Shown piece after piece: positions 8,804-19,378 of a stretch of DNA of 64,000 nt. Under the pieces are notes generated by a model. It did no database searches. It had not been told where the DNA came from and saw only the letters and a list, made by a program, of their open reading frames with translations. Location of the stretch: positions 160,001 to 224,000 of the forward strand of contig CAWGJT010000009.1 in assembly GCA_963822965.1 (NCBI GenBank). Reading direction: 5' to 3'. The translations under genes and the position numbers were made by a program. Each line of letters opens with the position of its first letter. Positions within the stretch are counted from its first letter, which is position 1. The stretch comes from an uncultured delta proteobacterium. GTDB lineage: Bacteria; Myxococcota_A; UBA9160; UBA4427.

Positions 8804-11800
8804 GAGAGGCGCCAGTCGATGCGGTCGCGAGCGGCCGGGGCGTAGACGCAGAAGGTCCCGGTCCGGACGCTGCGCTCCAGATGCTCGGCCAGCGCCGGGT
8901 CGTGCTCGGCGATCTTGCGCGTGGCGTACTTGATCGCCCGGGTGACCGAGACCCGCGCCCGCTCGGCCGCGGCGCCACTGCGCCGCTCGCGACCGCCCAG
9001 GCCGAAGGCTCGCTCGAGCTCGGACGTCAGGAACTCCAGCTCGGCGCTCGCCCGCTCGCGGCGCCCCGCGTCGCCCATGGCTTCCGCCTCGGCGAGCTCG
9101 GCGCGCAGCTCCCGCGCCCGCTCCCGGTAGGCCGCCCGGGCGCGCTCGTCCAGGTGCGGTCCGGCGTCGCCGGCAGCGGACCCGGCACCCGGCGACCCGG
9201 GGCGGGCGAGATCCAGGACGTGCAGCTCCCGATCCGGCTCGGCCAGCAGGGTGTGGATGTAACCGAGACCCACCATGGACCGGAGCCGCGTCGTGCGAGC
9301 CTCGAAGACGAGGGTGAAGCCGTCGCCGTCCCTTGCGAAGCGCGCAGCGTCGGTCGCCGCCTTCCGGGCGGCTGCTGCGGTCGGCTGCGAGCGCGCCTCC
9401 TGGATCCAACGCAGCACGAGCGCCATGCCGAGGGAGCTCGCGATGGCCTGCGCCCCCTCGAAGCACGCCGCGGCGCGCTCGTCCTCGTCCGGCTCTCCCA
9501 GGGCCTGGCCCCGGGCCTGGTGGAGTCGGCCCGCGAGATACCGGATCTCGGCCTGCCAGGGCAGGGCCCGCATGGCCTGGGCCATCGCCTCGGCCCGCTC
9601 GAGATGCCTCGCGGCGTCGTCGTAGCGACCCAGCAGGATCGCGAGCTGGCCGAGACGCATGTCCACGGGCCCGAGCGCGACGATCATCGGGCTCGCAATG
9701 GCCACGTGGCCGGCGTGAGGCAGGAGGAGTCGATACAGGACCTCGCCGTTCGCGCGGTCCCCGAAGCGCGAGCAGACCGCCCCGAGCAGCATCATGCTCG
9801 TCCGCCAGGTGGTGTCGCGCGGCAGGACCGCGAAGCCGTCTCGAGCCACGCTGTCGAACTCCCGCCGCGCCTCTACCCCCCGGCCCAGGTACTCGTAGAG
9901 GTTGGCCAGCGCGCAGCGCCAGGCGGGCACGATGCGCGCGGTCTCGGCGCCGCCCTCCACCAGCGGCGCGACCTCCTGCATCCGGTCCTGCCAGCCGCGC
10001 AGCATGAACATCTGCTGGGCGAAGTGCAGGCCGGGGGTGCGCGACTGGGCGTGCTGGCCCTGCCGCAGGGCCCGGACCACCAGCTCCTCGGCGTCCTCGA
10101 AGCGCCCCTCCATCAGGGCGAGGGCCGCGTGGTGGCTGGTACCGAGCCAACGGAAGTAGGGGTGCCGCGTGGCCTCCGCCATCTCGTCGAAGGCCTCGAG
10201 GGCCAGGTCCAGACCGGCTCGATCGCCCGCCTCCGCACAGGCGTCGACCTTCATCGAGAGGGCGTTGAGCTCGCCGATGGCGTAGCCCGCACAGCTCTCG
10301 AGCATCGCGTCGATGGCCGCGAAGCGCTCCTCGAGGCGGTCGGGTCCGGTCAGCAGGGTCAGGCTGCGAATCTGCACGAAGGCCAGCGTGGAGACGTCGC
10401 CCAGGCGCCGCGCCATGGCGAGGGCCTCGGCGGCCAGGGCCCGGTGGCGCTCCTCGGCCCCGCGGATCAGGTGCAGGCCGCTGGAGAGCCTCGACAGGAG
10501 CCGCGCGCGTAGCGTCGAGTCGTCTTCGGGCAGCGCGGCGAGCGCCGCCTCGACCCACCGGTTGCTCTCCAGGTCCGCCACACCGATCTCCTCGCGCGCC
10601 GTGCTCCAGGCGAGGACGACCGCGGCGAGCTGGACGGGATCCGCGTCGGCCCGGGCGAGGGCGAGGGTCTCCTCGAGGACCGACTCCGCGCCACGGCGGT
10701 CGCCCAGGCCGACCCGGGCCTGGCCGAGGCCGATGCCGACCTCGATGCGCCGGGCCGCGTCGCCCGCCTCCGGAAGCAGCGAGTGGGCGCGCTCGAGGTG
10801 GACGGCCGCCTCCTCGTAGGCCAGCAGCTGGAGCAGCTGGTTGCCGGCCTGCCAGGCGTAGTCGGCGGCGCGGGCGCGAGCGTCTTCGGACGCGCTCGCA
10901 GCGCTGCCCGGAGCCCGAGTACTGCCCAGAGCGCAATGGAAGTGGTGGGCCAAACGTGGGAGCTGCTCGGCACGCCGCCAGCCGGCGGGCTCGTCCTTCA
11001 GGCGGGCCTCGAGGGCGAGCCCGATGCGGCCGTGGAGCTCGGCCGCGACGTCGTCGTCGAGAGACTCGTAGAGCACCTCGCGAACCAGCGCGTGCACGAA
11101 GGCGAAGCGCGCGGGTCGGTCCGTCGAGGACTGCAGCAGGCCCGAGGCCACCGCGGGAGCCAGACGGGTCCGCAGCTGCGAGGCTTCGCGATCCATCGCC
11201 GGGGCCAGCAGCGACAGGTCGATCTCGCCGCCGACGACCGAGGCGACCCGGAGCAGCTCGAGGGTGTCCGGGGGCAGCAGCCCCAGGCGCTGCTCGACCA
11301 CCCGACGCGCGGCGAAGGGCAGCGCCGAGGGCACGAGCGCGTCGCCGGCACTCGCGCTCGGGCTTCCCGCCCGCAGGAGCTGGGCCAGCTCGAGCACGAA
11401 GAAGGGGTTGCCCCCGCTGCGCTGCCACACCTCCTCGACCCAGCCGGGTCGATCGTCGCCGCCTTCCGCCGGCTTCGGATCGCTCGCGCGCACGGGCGGC
11501 AGCCGGTCCGCCAGCAGGGCCTCGACCGCGCGTCGCTCCAGCGGGCCGAGCGGGAAGCTCTGGGCGAGGCGGGTCAGGCCGGCCAGGGTCGTCTCGCTCG
11601 CGGCCTCGTGGCTGCGAAGGGTCGCGACCACCAGGATCGCGTCCGCCGAGAGCTCCGAGGCCAGGAAGCGCAGCAGCTCGACACTGGCCGAATCCGCCCA
11701 GTGGATGTCGTCGATCGCGAGCACCAGTCCGCGCTTGCGCGCCACCGCGCCGAGGCTGCGCGCGACGCGCGCAAAGAGCTCGAAGCGATCGGACGAGAAG

Positions 11801-12156
11801 CCGGGGCCCCTGGCCTCCCGCGAGGCTGCCGCTCGCAGGGCATCCCGCAGGACACCGAGCTCGTCGCTGGCAGGCTCGGGAAGCTCGTCCGACCCGACCA
11901 GGTCCTCGATCACCCGCAGCCAGGGCCAGTAGGCGGGTGCGCCGGCCATCTCGTGACAGCGCCCCCAGGCCACGAGCGCCCCCCGAGCCCGGGCCTCGCG
12001 AGCATGGACGGTGAGCAGCGCGGTCTTGCCGATGCCCGCCTCCCCCGTGAGGAGCACGAGCCTCCCGGCGCCTTGCATCGCCGCCGCGAGCTCCGCCCGC
12101 AGCGCTGCGAGCTCGGGCTCCCGTCCGAAGATTTCATGCTCGGCGACCCTGACCAC
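8800..12156 (-). CDS. STAND-like AAA ATPase/TPR regulator
   Basis: FGREPEL, Walker A GEAGIGKT, Walker B IDDIHWAD, GGNPFF, F.HALVRE, a helical/TPR region, and C-terminal ERARVSVTRAI...VRTGTFCVY. Confidence 0.85.
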   Translation of the reverse strand: MVRVAEHEIFGREPELAALRAELAAAMQGAGRLVLLTGEAGIGKTALLTVHAREARARGALVAWGRCHEMAGAPAYWPWLRVIEDLVGSDELPEPASDELGVLRDALRAAASREARGPGFSSDRFELFARVARSLGAVARKRGLVLAIDDIHWADSASVELLRFLASELSADAILVVATLRSHEAASETTLAGLTRLAQSFPLGPLERRAVEALLADRLPPVRASDPKPAEGGDDRPGWVEEVWQRSGGNPFFVLELAQLLRAGSPSASAGDALVPSALPFAARRVVEQRLGLLPPDTLELLRVASVVGGEIDLSLLAPAMDREASQLRTRLAPAVASGLLQSSTDRPARFAFVHALVREVLYESLDDDVAAELHGRIGLALEARLKDEPAGWRRAEQLPRLAHHFHCALGSTRAPGSAASASEDARARAADYAWQAGNQLLQLLAYEEAAVHLERAHSLLPEAGDAARRIEVGIGLGQARVGLGDRRGAESVLEETLALARADADPVQLAAVVLAWSTAREEIGVADLESNRWVEAALAALPEDDSTLRARLLSRLSSGLHLIRGAEERHRALAAEALAMARRLGDVSTLAFVQIRSLTLLTGPDRLEERFAAIDAMLESCAGYAIGELNALSMKVDACAEAGDRAGLDLALEAFDEMAEATRHPYFRWLGTSHHAALALMEGRFEDAEELVVRALRQGQHAQSRTPGLHFAQQMFMLRGWQDRMQEVAPLVEGGAETARIVPAWRCALANLYEYLGRGVEARREFDSVARDGFAVLPRDTTWRTSMMLLGAVCSRFGDRANGEVLYRLLLPHAGHVAIASPMIVALGPVDMRLGQLAILLGRYDDAARHLERAEAMAQAMRALPWQAEIRYLAGRLHQARGQALGEPDEDERAAACFEGAQAIASSLGMALVLRWIQEARSQPTAAAARKAATDAARFARDGDGFTLVFEARTTRLRSMVGLGYIHTLLAEPDRELHVLDLARPGSPGAGSAAGDAGPHLDERARAAYRERARELRAELAEAEAMGDAGRRERASAELEFLTSELERAFGLGGRERRSGAAAERARVSVTRAIKYATRKIAEHDPALAEHLERSVRTGTFCVYAPAARDRIDWRLS

Positions 12157-12398
12157 CGAATTCCTTCCCCGAAATGCCCGCGCGGCGGCGACACCAGAGA
12201 GTAGCGACCGCCCCGGCCGGGACGCCCGCGCGTCGCGGCGGCGCACGAAGGGCGGGTGCGTGAGCGCCCGCGCCTGGCTCGCGGACGAAGGCGACGCCAC
12301 CGACTCCTGGCCCGATTCAGGGCTGCCCGGAAACCCGTGCGACGAGGGCCACCTGCGGCACCTTCGCCGCGGCGGTCGGCCCACGAGGCGCCCTGGGA

Positions 12399-13061
12399 CT
12401 ACGTGGCCTGGGATTGGCGCCGTCGCGGGGCGACGAGGCCTGCCAGCCCCGAACCAATGAGGAGCGCCGTGGAGGGTTCGGGGACCATGAACGAACGGAA
12501 GCCGAGGTCGAGAACGACCTCATCCTCCCAGGCTCCACCATCCAGACGCCTGAACTTCGAGCCAGCTGGATAGTCCAGGCCTGCGGGGTCGTAGCCCTGC
12601 CGAAACACGTACGGATCGAGCGCTTCGCCCGCGCTGGCTTGCAGCACGACGGCCAGGACGTCGCCCGCAGATACGTCGATGGAGAAAGGCTTCAGGTCGA
12701 TCGAGATCCAATCGAAGCTCACCGGGACCGCTTCGGGCGGCACGAGCACGCTCGCGAGGGCGCCCGGCGTAGGCACGCCTCCGATGGTAGGCCAGAGCTC
12801 GAACAGCAGAGGCAACGTCGCGGCATCTCGCCTCGCCTTCAGCTCGATGCTGTCCAGGGTCCCGTTGAGACCGACCGTGAAGGTCTGGGCAACGTCGGTC
12901 TCGACCGGAGCGGGCTGGATGTACGTCGCGTCTTCGTCGGTATCGAGCTCCTGATCGAGAATCGGAGCAGCAGCTCCTGGCAGACTCGAGAAGCAGACGA
13001 CGAATGCGGACAACGCCATGGCGGTAGGCGCGAGTCGCAGCTGAAGACGGGTGGGGCACAT
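12399..13061 (-). CDS. Small secreted PEP-CTERM protein
   Basis: Signal peptide, AQTFT motif, C-terminal VPEPSTALLIGSGLAGLVAPRRR. Confidence 0.85.
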   Translation of the reverse strand: MCPTRLQLRLAPTAMALSAFVVCFSSLPGAAAPILDQELDTDEDATYIQPAPVETDVAQTFTVGLNGTLDSIELKARRDAATLPLLFELWPTIGGVPTPGALASVLVPPEAVPVSFDWISIDLKPFSIDVSAGDVLAVVLQASAGEALDPYVFRQGYDPAGLDYPAGSKFRRLDGGAWEDEVVLDLGFRSFMVPEPSTALLIGSGLAGLVAPRRRQSQAT

Positions 13062-13283
13062 CGCCGATCTCCCTTTCCAGGAACGAGGCCATCATACACC
13101 GGTCTGCGTGCGTCATGGGAAAAGATGAGGTGGACCTCGGGAGCCTCGATGCACGCTTCTCGCCTGCCTTGCTTCTCGAATGGGGGCCGGCACTTGGTCG
13201 TGGTGTTGCACGTGGTCACGCCGTGCAGCGAACGGACGAGCAACCGGCGGCGCCCGGAGCGGCGGCCCGTCGCCTCGGCCGCG

Positions 13284-14130
13284 CTAGGGAACGCCGGCCG
13301 ACCAGGCCGACAGGTCGCTACCCAGCAGCTCGGCCAGGTCGGCGTTGCGCTCGCGATAGTGCTCGACGAGCCTCGCGCGCAGCGACGGATCGACCGGGGG
13401 GCGGGTCGCGGCCGGGCCCTGCAGCGCTCGACTCACGCGCCGCTTCAAGCCTTCCGGGACGAGCGACGCGAGCCCGAGGGACGCGTACAGGCGTGCGACC
13501 GGCTTCCAGGCACGCGTCTCCATCGTCGCGCGCGCCGCGTTCCTGGCCGGCGCGTCCGCGAGATCCCGGTCGGGGTCGACACCGACGTGCTTCCATAGCG
13601 CCCGCGTCGTACCGACCGGATCGCGCTCGAGATCTTCGTACAGCAACACCAGCAGCTGCGACGGCGCGAAGAGCGCATGGTAGCGGCGAAGCTGCTCTGC
13701 GTAGTAGCCGAGGTCGACGTAGGTCGCGTGTGCCGCGCTCGAGCCGGACACACCCGCGGCCCACGCGCGGGCGCCGTCGTCGCCCGTGAATCGCGGCCCA
13801 TCCGCCACCGCAGCGAGGTTCGCATCGACCGCCTCGCCGAACGAGAGCCTCTCCTGCCGGCGCGTGTAGCGATGCCACCAGTGCGAGTAGGCGCGTGACA
13901 CCGGCTCGCGCAGGATCGCCACCAGCCGCGCATCGGGATATCACGCGTGGATGCGCGCGGGCACGAAGGGCAGATTAGAGGTGATACGAACGCGCGTTTC
14001 CGACCGCCCGCTCGCCGGACCACGACGCGAAATAGCGGCTCCGGTAGTAGTCGAGCCCACGTTCGTACTCCGCCTCGAAGAAGATCGGCTCCTTGCCGTC
14101 GGCGATGTAGACGTCGTCGTGCTCGGCCCA
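13284..14130 (-). pseudogene. Sulfotransferase, 5'-truncated and frameshifted
   Basis: KEPIFF...ERGLDYY in one frame and ILREPVSRAYSHW, G.Y..QL, LLYEDL in another, with indels/stops near 13940-13990. The N-terminal PAPS-binding GxxKxGTT segment is absent. Confidence 0.75.
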
Positions 14131-14163
14131 TCCCCGGCTCTGGCGATCCCCGGCTCTGGCGAT
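14130..14163. repeat. 16-bp tandem duplication ATCCCCGGCTCTGGCG x2
   Basis: Read directly: 14130-14145 and 14146-14161. Confidence 0.9.
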
Positions 14164-14176
14164 GGACGCCGATGCG

Positions 14177-14569
14177 TCAGGGCGCAGAGCTCGAGCGCGC
14201 CTGGATGCCCCAGTGACCGTCCACGCAGGTGATCACGTAGACGGCCTGATAGGTATTGAGGGGGCGGCCGTCGGCGCCGTAGCGCGTGAACCGTACGTCG
14301 AGGTGCACCTTGTCCGGGCCGGCGTGGATCACCTTGCGGTGGTCCCAGCGGCTCTCGCTCCAGCCGGGCTCGACCTCGCGCGTGCCGTAGGACTCCGGGT
14401 GCGCGTCGAGCTCGGCACGTGTATTCCAGACGCGAACGCGTCCGCTGGCGATGCGCACGTGCGGAAAGTTGAAGCTGTCGTAGTGCGCCTGCCGATCGCG
14501 CGCGTTGAAGCCGGCCATGAAGGCATCGGTGACCTCGAGCGCGCGGCGCTCACTCTCGGATGAACTCAC
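14177..14569 (-). CDS. NTF2/SnoaL-like fold protein
   Basis: FMAGFNARD, FPHVRI, GWSESRWD, KVHLDVRFTRY, DGHWGIQARSS. Overlaps the upstream hydrolase. Confidence 0.7.
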   Translation of the reverse strand: MSSSESERRALEVTDAFMAGFNARDRQAHYDSFNFPHVRIASGRVRVWNTRAELDAHPESYGTREVEPGWSESRWDHRKVIHAGPDKVHLDVRFTRYGADGRPLNTYQAVYVITCVDGHWGIQARSSSAP

Positions 14570-15389
14570 GCAGCACCTCGAAGCCACGCGGATCGTCGCG
14601 GAAGACGCCGTGGCCGCAGTCGGGGAAGCGCTCGAAGCGCACGAATTCGGCGGGAAGCGCCGCCGCGATCTCCCCGGAGAGCTCGATCGGGCAGACCGGA
14701 TCGCGTCCGCCGGCGAGCACGAGCGTCGGGCAGCGCACGCGCGCGAGCCCGGGGGCGAGGTCCATCGTTCGGCCCTCGCCGGCGGCGAAGTGGAACATGA
14801 CGTCGAGCGCCCACCGCGTGCGCGCGTTCGCGTCGGGGTCGCGCGGCGCGCGCCCGTAGAGGGGGAACGCGAGGCGCAGGTAGTCGCCCAGCGTCTCGCC
14901 GCCCGGGTGCTCCCAGTAGCGCCGCGCGGCGGCCGCCACCTCGGCGCCCCCGAGCTCCTCGAAGCGCGCGACGACGAGCTCGAGGTCCTGGCGCGGCGCC
15001 GTGCTCGAGAAGACGAGCTTCGCGGGGTGCTCCGGGTGCCGGGCCGCGTAGGCCATGGCGACCATTCCGCCGAACGAGTTGCCGAACACGATCGGCCGCT
15101 CGATGCCGAGCGCCTCGCAGAGGCCGCGCACGTCGTCCGCCCACTGGACCAGGTTCCAGTGCGAGGGGTCGCTCTTGTCGCTGCGACCCTGGCCGCGGTG
15201 GTCGTAGTAGACGAGCTGCGCGACGTCGGCGAGCGCCGAGAACGACGGCTTGTAGATCGAGTGGTCGAAGCCGGGTCCGCCGTGCAGCAGCAGCACCGTC
15301 GGACGCTCGCGCATGGCCGCGCCGTCCGGCACGAGCCCCGCCCCTTCGACGTCGAAGAAGAGCCGCGTTCCGTTCACCCGCACGTGCAT
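14550..15389 (-). CDS. Alpha/beta hydrolase (proline iminopeptidase-like)
   Basis: LLHGGPG, YDHRGQGRS, GNSFGG nucleophile elbow, D and H of the triad (RDPVCP, CGHG). Confidence 0.88.
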   Translation of the reverse strand: MHVRVNGTRLFFDVEGAGLVPDGAAMRERPTVLLLHGGPGFDHSIYKPSFSALADVAQLVYYDHRGQGRSDKSDPSHWNLVQWADDVRGLCEALGIERPIVFGNSFGGMVAMAYAARHPEHPAKLVFSSTAPRQDLELVVARFEELGGAEVAAAARRYWEHPGGETLGDYLRLAFPLYGRAPRDPDANARTRWALDVMFHFAAGEGRTMDLAPGLARVRCPTLVLAGGRDPVCPIELSGEIAAALPAEFVRFERFPDCGHGVFRDDPRGFEVLREFIRE

Positions 15390-15607
15390 CCCCGCCTCCC
15401 GGCTGCGAGAATCATCGCACGCGCACGGCCGCGCCCCGCCCGAATCCCTGGACTCCCGTCTCCATGGCTCGATGTCCCCCGGGGGCCTGGTCGTGGGGCC
15501 TCGCGGGCGTTCGGGCCCGCTCGTCTGCCCGAGAGCTTGTACCTTCGCGGTGGGCGGCCCGTCGAGGGCGAAACCGCGGTCGGAGAGTCCGGGAGAGCGC
15601 AGGCGCA

Positions 15608-16780
15608 ATGACGGCAGTTTTGCTCAACGCATCCACCCTGGCCCAGGGCGGAGCGCTCCAGGTCGGGGTCCACCTGCTGCATGCCCTGCGGCGCGACGCG
15701 ACGATCGACTGGTACTGCGTTCTCTCCCCGCAAGTGGACACGGAATGCCGGCGCATGGGCATCGAGCTCGACCCCTCGCGAACCTACCGGCTCGAAGCCT
15801 CGCCCAGTCGCAACCGCGCTGCCCGCCGCGAGGTCCTGCGAATTTTCCGGGAGACTCCGGTGGAGGCGGTCCTCACGGTGTTCGGTCCCGCCTACGTGCG
15901 GTTCGACAAGCCGCACCTGGTCGGCGTGGCCGACCCCTGGGTCACCCACGCGAGCTGGATCGCGTACTCGAAACTGCGGCGCATCGGCGAGTATCTGGAG
16001 ACGCCCCTGCTGTCGCTCTACAAGGGCTGGTGGTATCGCCGAGCGGACGCCTGGGTGGTCGAGGCCGAGGTGGCGAAGCGCGGTCTGCACGACCGCTGGG
16101 GGATCCCGCTCCGTCAGATCCACGTGATCCCGAACAGCTGTGGCGCCCACTACCGGAGTCATCCCTTCACGCCCCTCGCGAGCGCCCCGCCCGGGCCCAT
16201 CGACGTGCTCACCCTGTCCGCCTACTACGCCCACAAGGACCTCGAGCTGATCCCGGCCGTCGCCGCCTGGCTCGCCGGAGAGGGTCATGCCGAGCGCTTT
16301 CGTTTTCATCTCACCCTGAGCGAGGACGGCGCCGGGTGGCACCGCATTCACAGCCGGGCCGTCCGGCTGGGCGTAGAGGATGCGATCGTCAACCACGGGC
16401 CGGTGGCCGTTGCGGACGGGCCGGCGCTCTACGACCGTTGCCACGTCATGTTCCTGCCGACGCTGCTGGAGACGTTCTCGGCCAGCTATCCCGAAGCCAT
16501 GGCCGCGGGTCGTCCCATCGTCACCTCCGACCTGCCGTTCGCCCACGCGAACTGCGGAGACGCCGCGCTGTTCTTTGCTCCGGACGACGCCGCAGCAGCG
16601 GGGCGCGCGCTGCTCGCCCTCTCGAAGCGGCCGGAGCTGTGGAGCGACCTGGTCGCCCGAGGGCGGACGCGACTCGCGACGCTTCCGGACGCGGACGGCA
16701 AGTACCGGCTCTACGTGGACGCGATCATGGAGCTGTTGGGATCGCCGAAGATGCAGGACTGCGCGCCATGTGCGGAATAG
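15608..16780 (+). CDS. Glycosyltransferase family 4
   Basis: HKDL, PTLLETFSASYPEAMAAGRPIVTSD (ExF...EA motif). Confidence 0.85.
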   Translation: MTAVLLNASTLAQGGALQVGVHLLHALRRDATIDWYCVLSPQVDTECRRMGIELDPSRTYRLEASPSRNRAARREVLRIFRETPVEAVLTVFGPAYVRFDKPHLVGVADPWVTHASWIAYSKLRRIGEYLETPLLSLYKGWWYRRADAWVVEAEVAKRGLHDRWGIPLRQIHVIPNSCGAHYRSHPFTPLASAPPGPIDVLTLSAYYAHKDLELIPAVAAWLAGEGHAERFRFHLTLSEDGAGWHRIHSRAVRLGVEDAIVNHGPVAVADGPALYDRCHVMFLPTLLETFSASYPEAMAAGRPIVTSDLPFAHANCGDAALFFAPDDAAAAGRALLALSKRPELWSDLVARGRTRLATLPDADGKYRLYVDAIMELLGSPKMQDCAPCAE

Positions 16781-18706
16781 CCGGATTCATCGGGCCCTGG
16801 GCGCCGCCGTTGCTGGACGCCATGGTGGCCGCGCTTCGCAAGCGGTCCCGACGGCGAGGGCCGGCACTTCGACGCGCCGGCAGGCCTCGCGCTCGGGCAC
16901 AGCCGGCTGTCCATCATCGACCTCTCGGAGTCGGCCACCCAGCCGATGACCAGCGCGTGCGGTCGCTACACGATCACGTTCAACGGCGAGATCTACAACT
17001 ACAAGAGCCTGCGCGCCGATCTCGAAGCCCAGGGGATTCGTCTGCGCAGCTCGGGCGATACCGAGGTGCTGCTGGAGCTGTTCGCGCGGGAGGGCGTGGC
17101 GTGCCTGCGGCGGCTGCACGGCATCTTCGCCTTCGCGGTCTGGGACGCCCACGAGCGCCGGCTCTTCCTCGCGCGGGACCATCTCGGCGTGAAGCCGCTC
17201 TACTACGCGCCGCTCTCCGAGGGCTTCCTGTTCGCATCCGAGCTCAAGGCGCTGACCCTGTGCCCCGACCTGCCGCGGGACATCGACGGGGTCGCGGTCG
17301 CCGACCATCTCGGCTTCCTGTGGACGGCCGGCGAAGCGACCATGCTCCGCGCCGTGCGCAAGCTGCGGCCCGGCTGTGCCATGCAGGTCGACGGCGACGG
17401 GATCCGGGTGGAGCGCTGGTACCGCACGCCCATCGCGGGCGCGACGGCCGGGCCGGGCGGCACCGCGGACGACCTCCGCGCCCTCATCGATCGCACGGTG
17501 GCCGAGCAGATGGTGGCGGACGTCGACGTGGGCGCGCTCCTGTCGGGCGGGGTCGACTCGAGCGCGATCGTCGCCTCCATGGGGCAGGTGACCGGGGCGG
17601 ATCGCATCACGACCTTCTGCGCCAGCACCGGGCGTGGCGCGGCCGCGGACAACATCGGCGACGACGCCGGATTCGCACGCCTGGTCGCCGGCGTCCTCGG
17701 CGTCGAGCTGATCGAGGTGCCCGTCGACGCCGCGATGGCGGACGCCCTGCCCGAGATGATCTGGGCGCTGGACGAGCCGACCGCCGACTTCGCCGCCCTG
17801 CAGACCCAGCTGCTCGCCCGGGCGGCACGCGAGAACGGCATCAAGGTGCTGCTCTCGGGCGTCGGAGGAGACGATCTGTTCACCGGCTACGGCCGGCACA
17901 CGGCGGCGCTGATCTACGAGATGCTGGATCGGCTGCCCGGTGCCCGACCGCTGGCCGGGGCGCTGCTGTCGCGTCTGCCGTCGCGATCTCTCGCGGGCCG
18001 GCGGTTCGCGCGCATCGGCACGCTGCTGGCGATGGACGAGGAGACGATGCTGGCCGAGGCCATGAGCCTGTCGTCCGTGGCCGGCGTCAATCGCAACGTC
18101 CTGCTCGCGCCCGCGGTCCGCGCCGTCGTTCCGCCCGACGGCATTCCGGAGCCCTTCTTTCGATCGCTCGTGGCCACCCGCGGACGCCATCCCGTGGAGC
18201 GGCTGCTCGACCTGGAGCTGAACGGCTTCATGCCCGACCACAATCTCAACTACACCGACAAGATGGCGATGCTGGAAGGCGTGGAGGTCCGGGTGCCGTT
18301 GTGCGCACCGCAGCTCGTGGAGTTCGCCGCGGCGCTGCCGTTGCACGCCAAGATCTCCCTGCGCAACACCAAGCGCATCCTGCGCGAGTCCCAGAAGAGC
18401 CGACTGCCGGAGTCGGTGCTGACCCGGCCCAAGCAGGGCTTCGGCGTGCCGATGCGCGCCTGGCTGCACGGTCCGGCGCGGGCCATGATGGAAGATCTCA
18501 CCGCCGAGCCCGTGGTCGCGGCCCGCGGCCTCTTCGACGCCCCGGCGGTGGCGCGCGTGAAGCGCGACTTCCTGGCCGGCCGCAACGACGCCGCGATGAC
18601 GCTGTTCGCGATGATGGCGATCGAGCTGTGGTGTCGCGCCCTGACGGTGCAGCCGACTGCGGTCGATGCCCGCACGAACGCCCGCAGCAGCACCGGAGCG
18701 CCCTGA
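16768..18706 (+). CDS. asnB: Asparagine synthase (glutamine-hydrolyzing)-like amidotransferase, one frameshift near 16835-16850
   Basis: MCGIAG start in one frame, then GPDGEG, LGHSRLSIIDL, FNGEIYN, LSGGVDSS, SGVGGDD, DKMAM...EVRVP, KQGF in another. Confidence 0.88.
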
Positions 18707-18729
18707 CTCCGAGCCTGCCCGGGCTCGCT

Positions 18730-19242
18730 GGCGGCATCGGGTGGCTTTTGCCGTGGACCGTGAGAAGTCCTCCAGCGCGGGGGGCTCGTCTACAACCAGA
18801 GCGAGTTCGTGGAGGGATACAGCTCCCCGTTCTGGACCCTGCTGCTGATCCCCCTGCGCGCGACGGGCCTCGACTACTTCACGATCACGGTGCTGCTGGC
18901 GGTCGTGTGCTTCGCGACGTTCGGGCTGCTGGTGGAGCCCACAAGAAGGGGCTGAAGCCGCTCGCCCGGGATCTCGTGGGGATCGAGAGGGCCGCCGACC
19001 GGATCGGGCCGGGCATGTACCGCGAGGCCGTGGCCCAGGGACGGGTCCCCGCCTGGATCGCGGCGAATCTCGCCTCGATCGAGCTCATCGAGGCGAAGAT
19101 CTACAACACGCACCGGCTGGGCGGGAACCTCCCGCTCGCGCTGACCTTCCCGGCGCCGATCGACCCGTCCCCCGGTCGCGGCCCGGCGGCCCGCGAGCTT
19201 CTGGCGAGCGGCATCCCGGTTCCACCGCCCCGCGAGGAATAG
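18730..19242 (+). pseudogene. Remnant of a GT-C-like membrane protein (GLVYN..E.VEGYSSP.W type), internally deleted
   Basis: GLVYNQSEFVEGYSSPFWTLLL plus a TM segment, then a jump into an unrelated-frame C-terminal piece ending at 19242. No proper start. Confidence 0.5.
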
Positions 19243-19378
19243 AGGGCGAAGAAGGCTCGCCCGGGCACGGGCTGCCCCTGAGGGGCCCGGCGTCGGCATC
19301 CCGCTGCCGACCGCTCGACAAAACGGCGTATCCATCCGCACACCGATGACGTAGATTGGGTGTCGAGTAGAGCGGGTA

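Noticed and set aside
13185..13230. Sigma54 promoter for the small PEP-CTERM gene (also candidates near 5920 and 19324)
   Set aside because: GG-to-GC spacing is not the required 10 nt.
16830..16850. Programmed frameshift in asnB or cti
   Set aside because: No slippery heptamer or downstream structure is evident. The damaged HRGPD motif looks like base loss.
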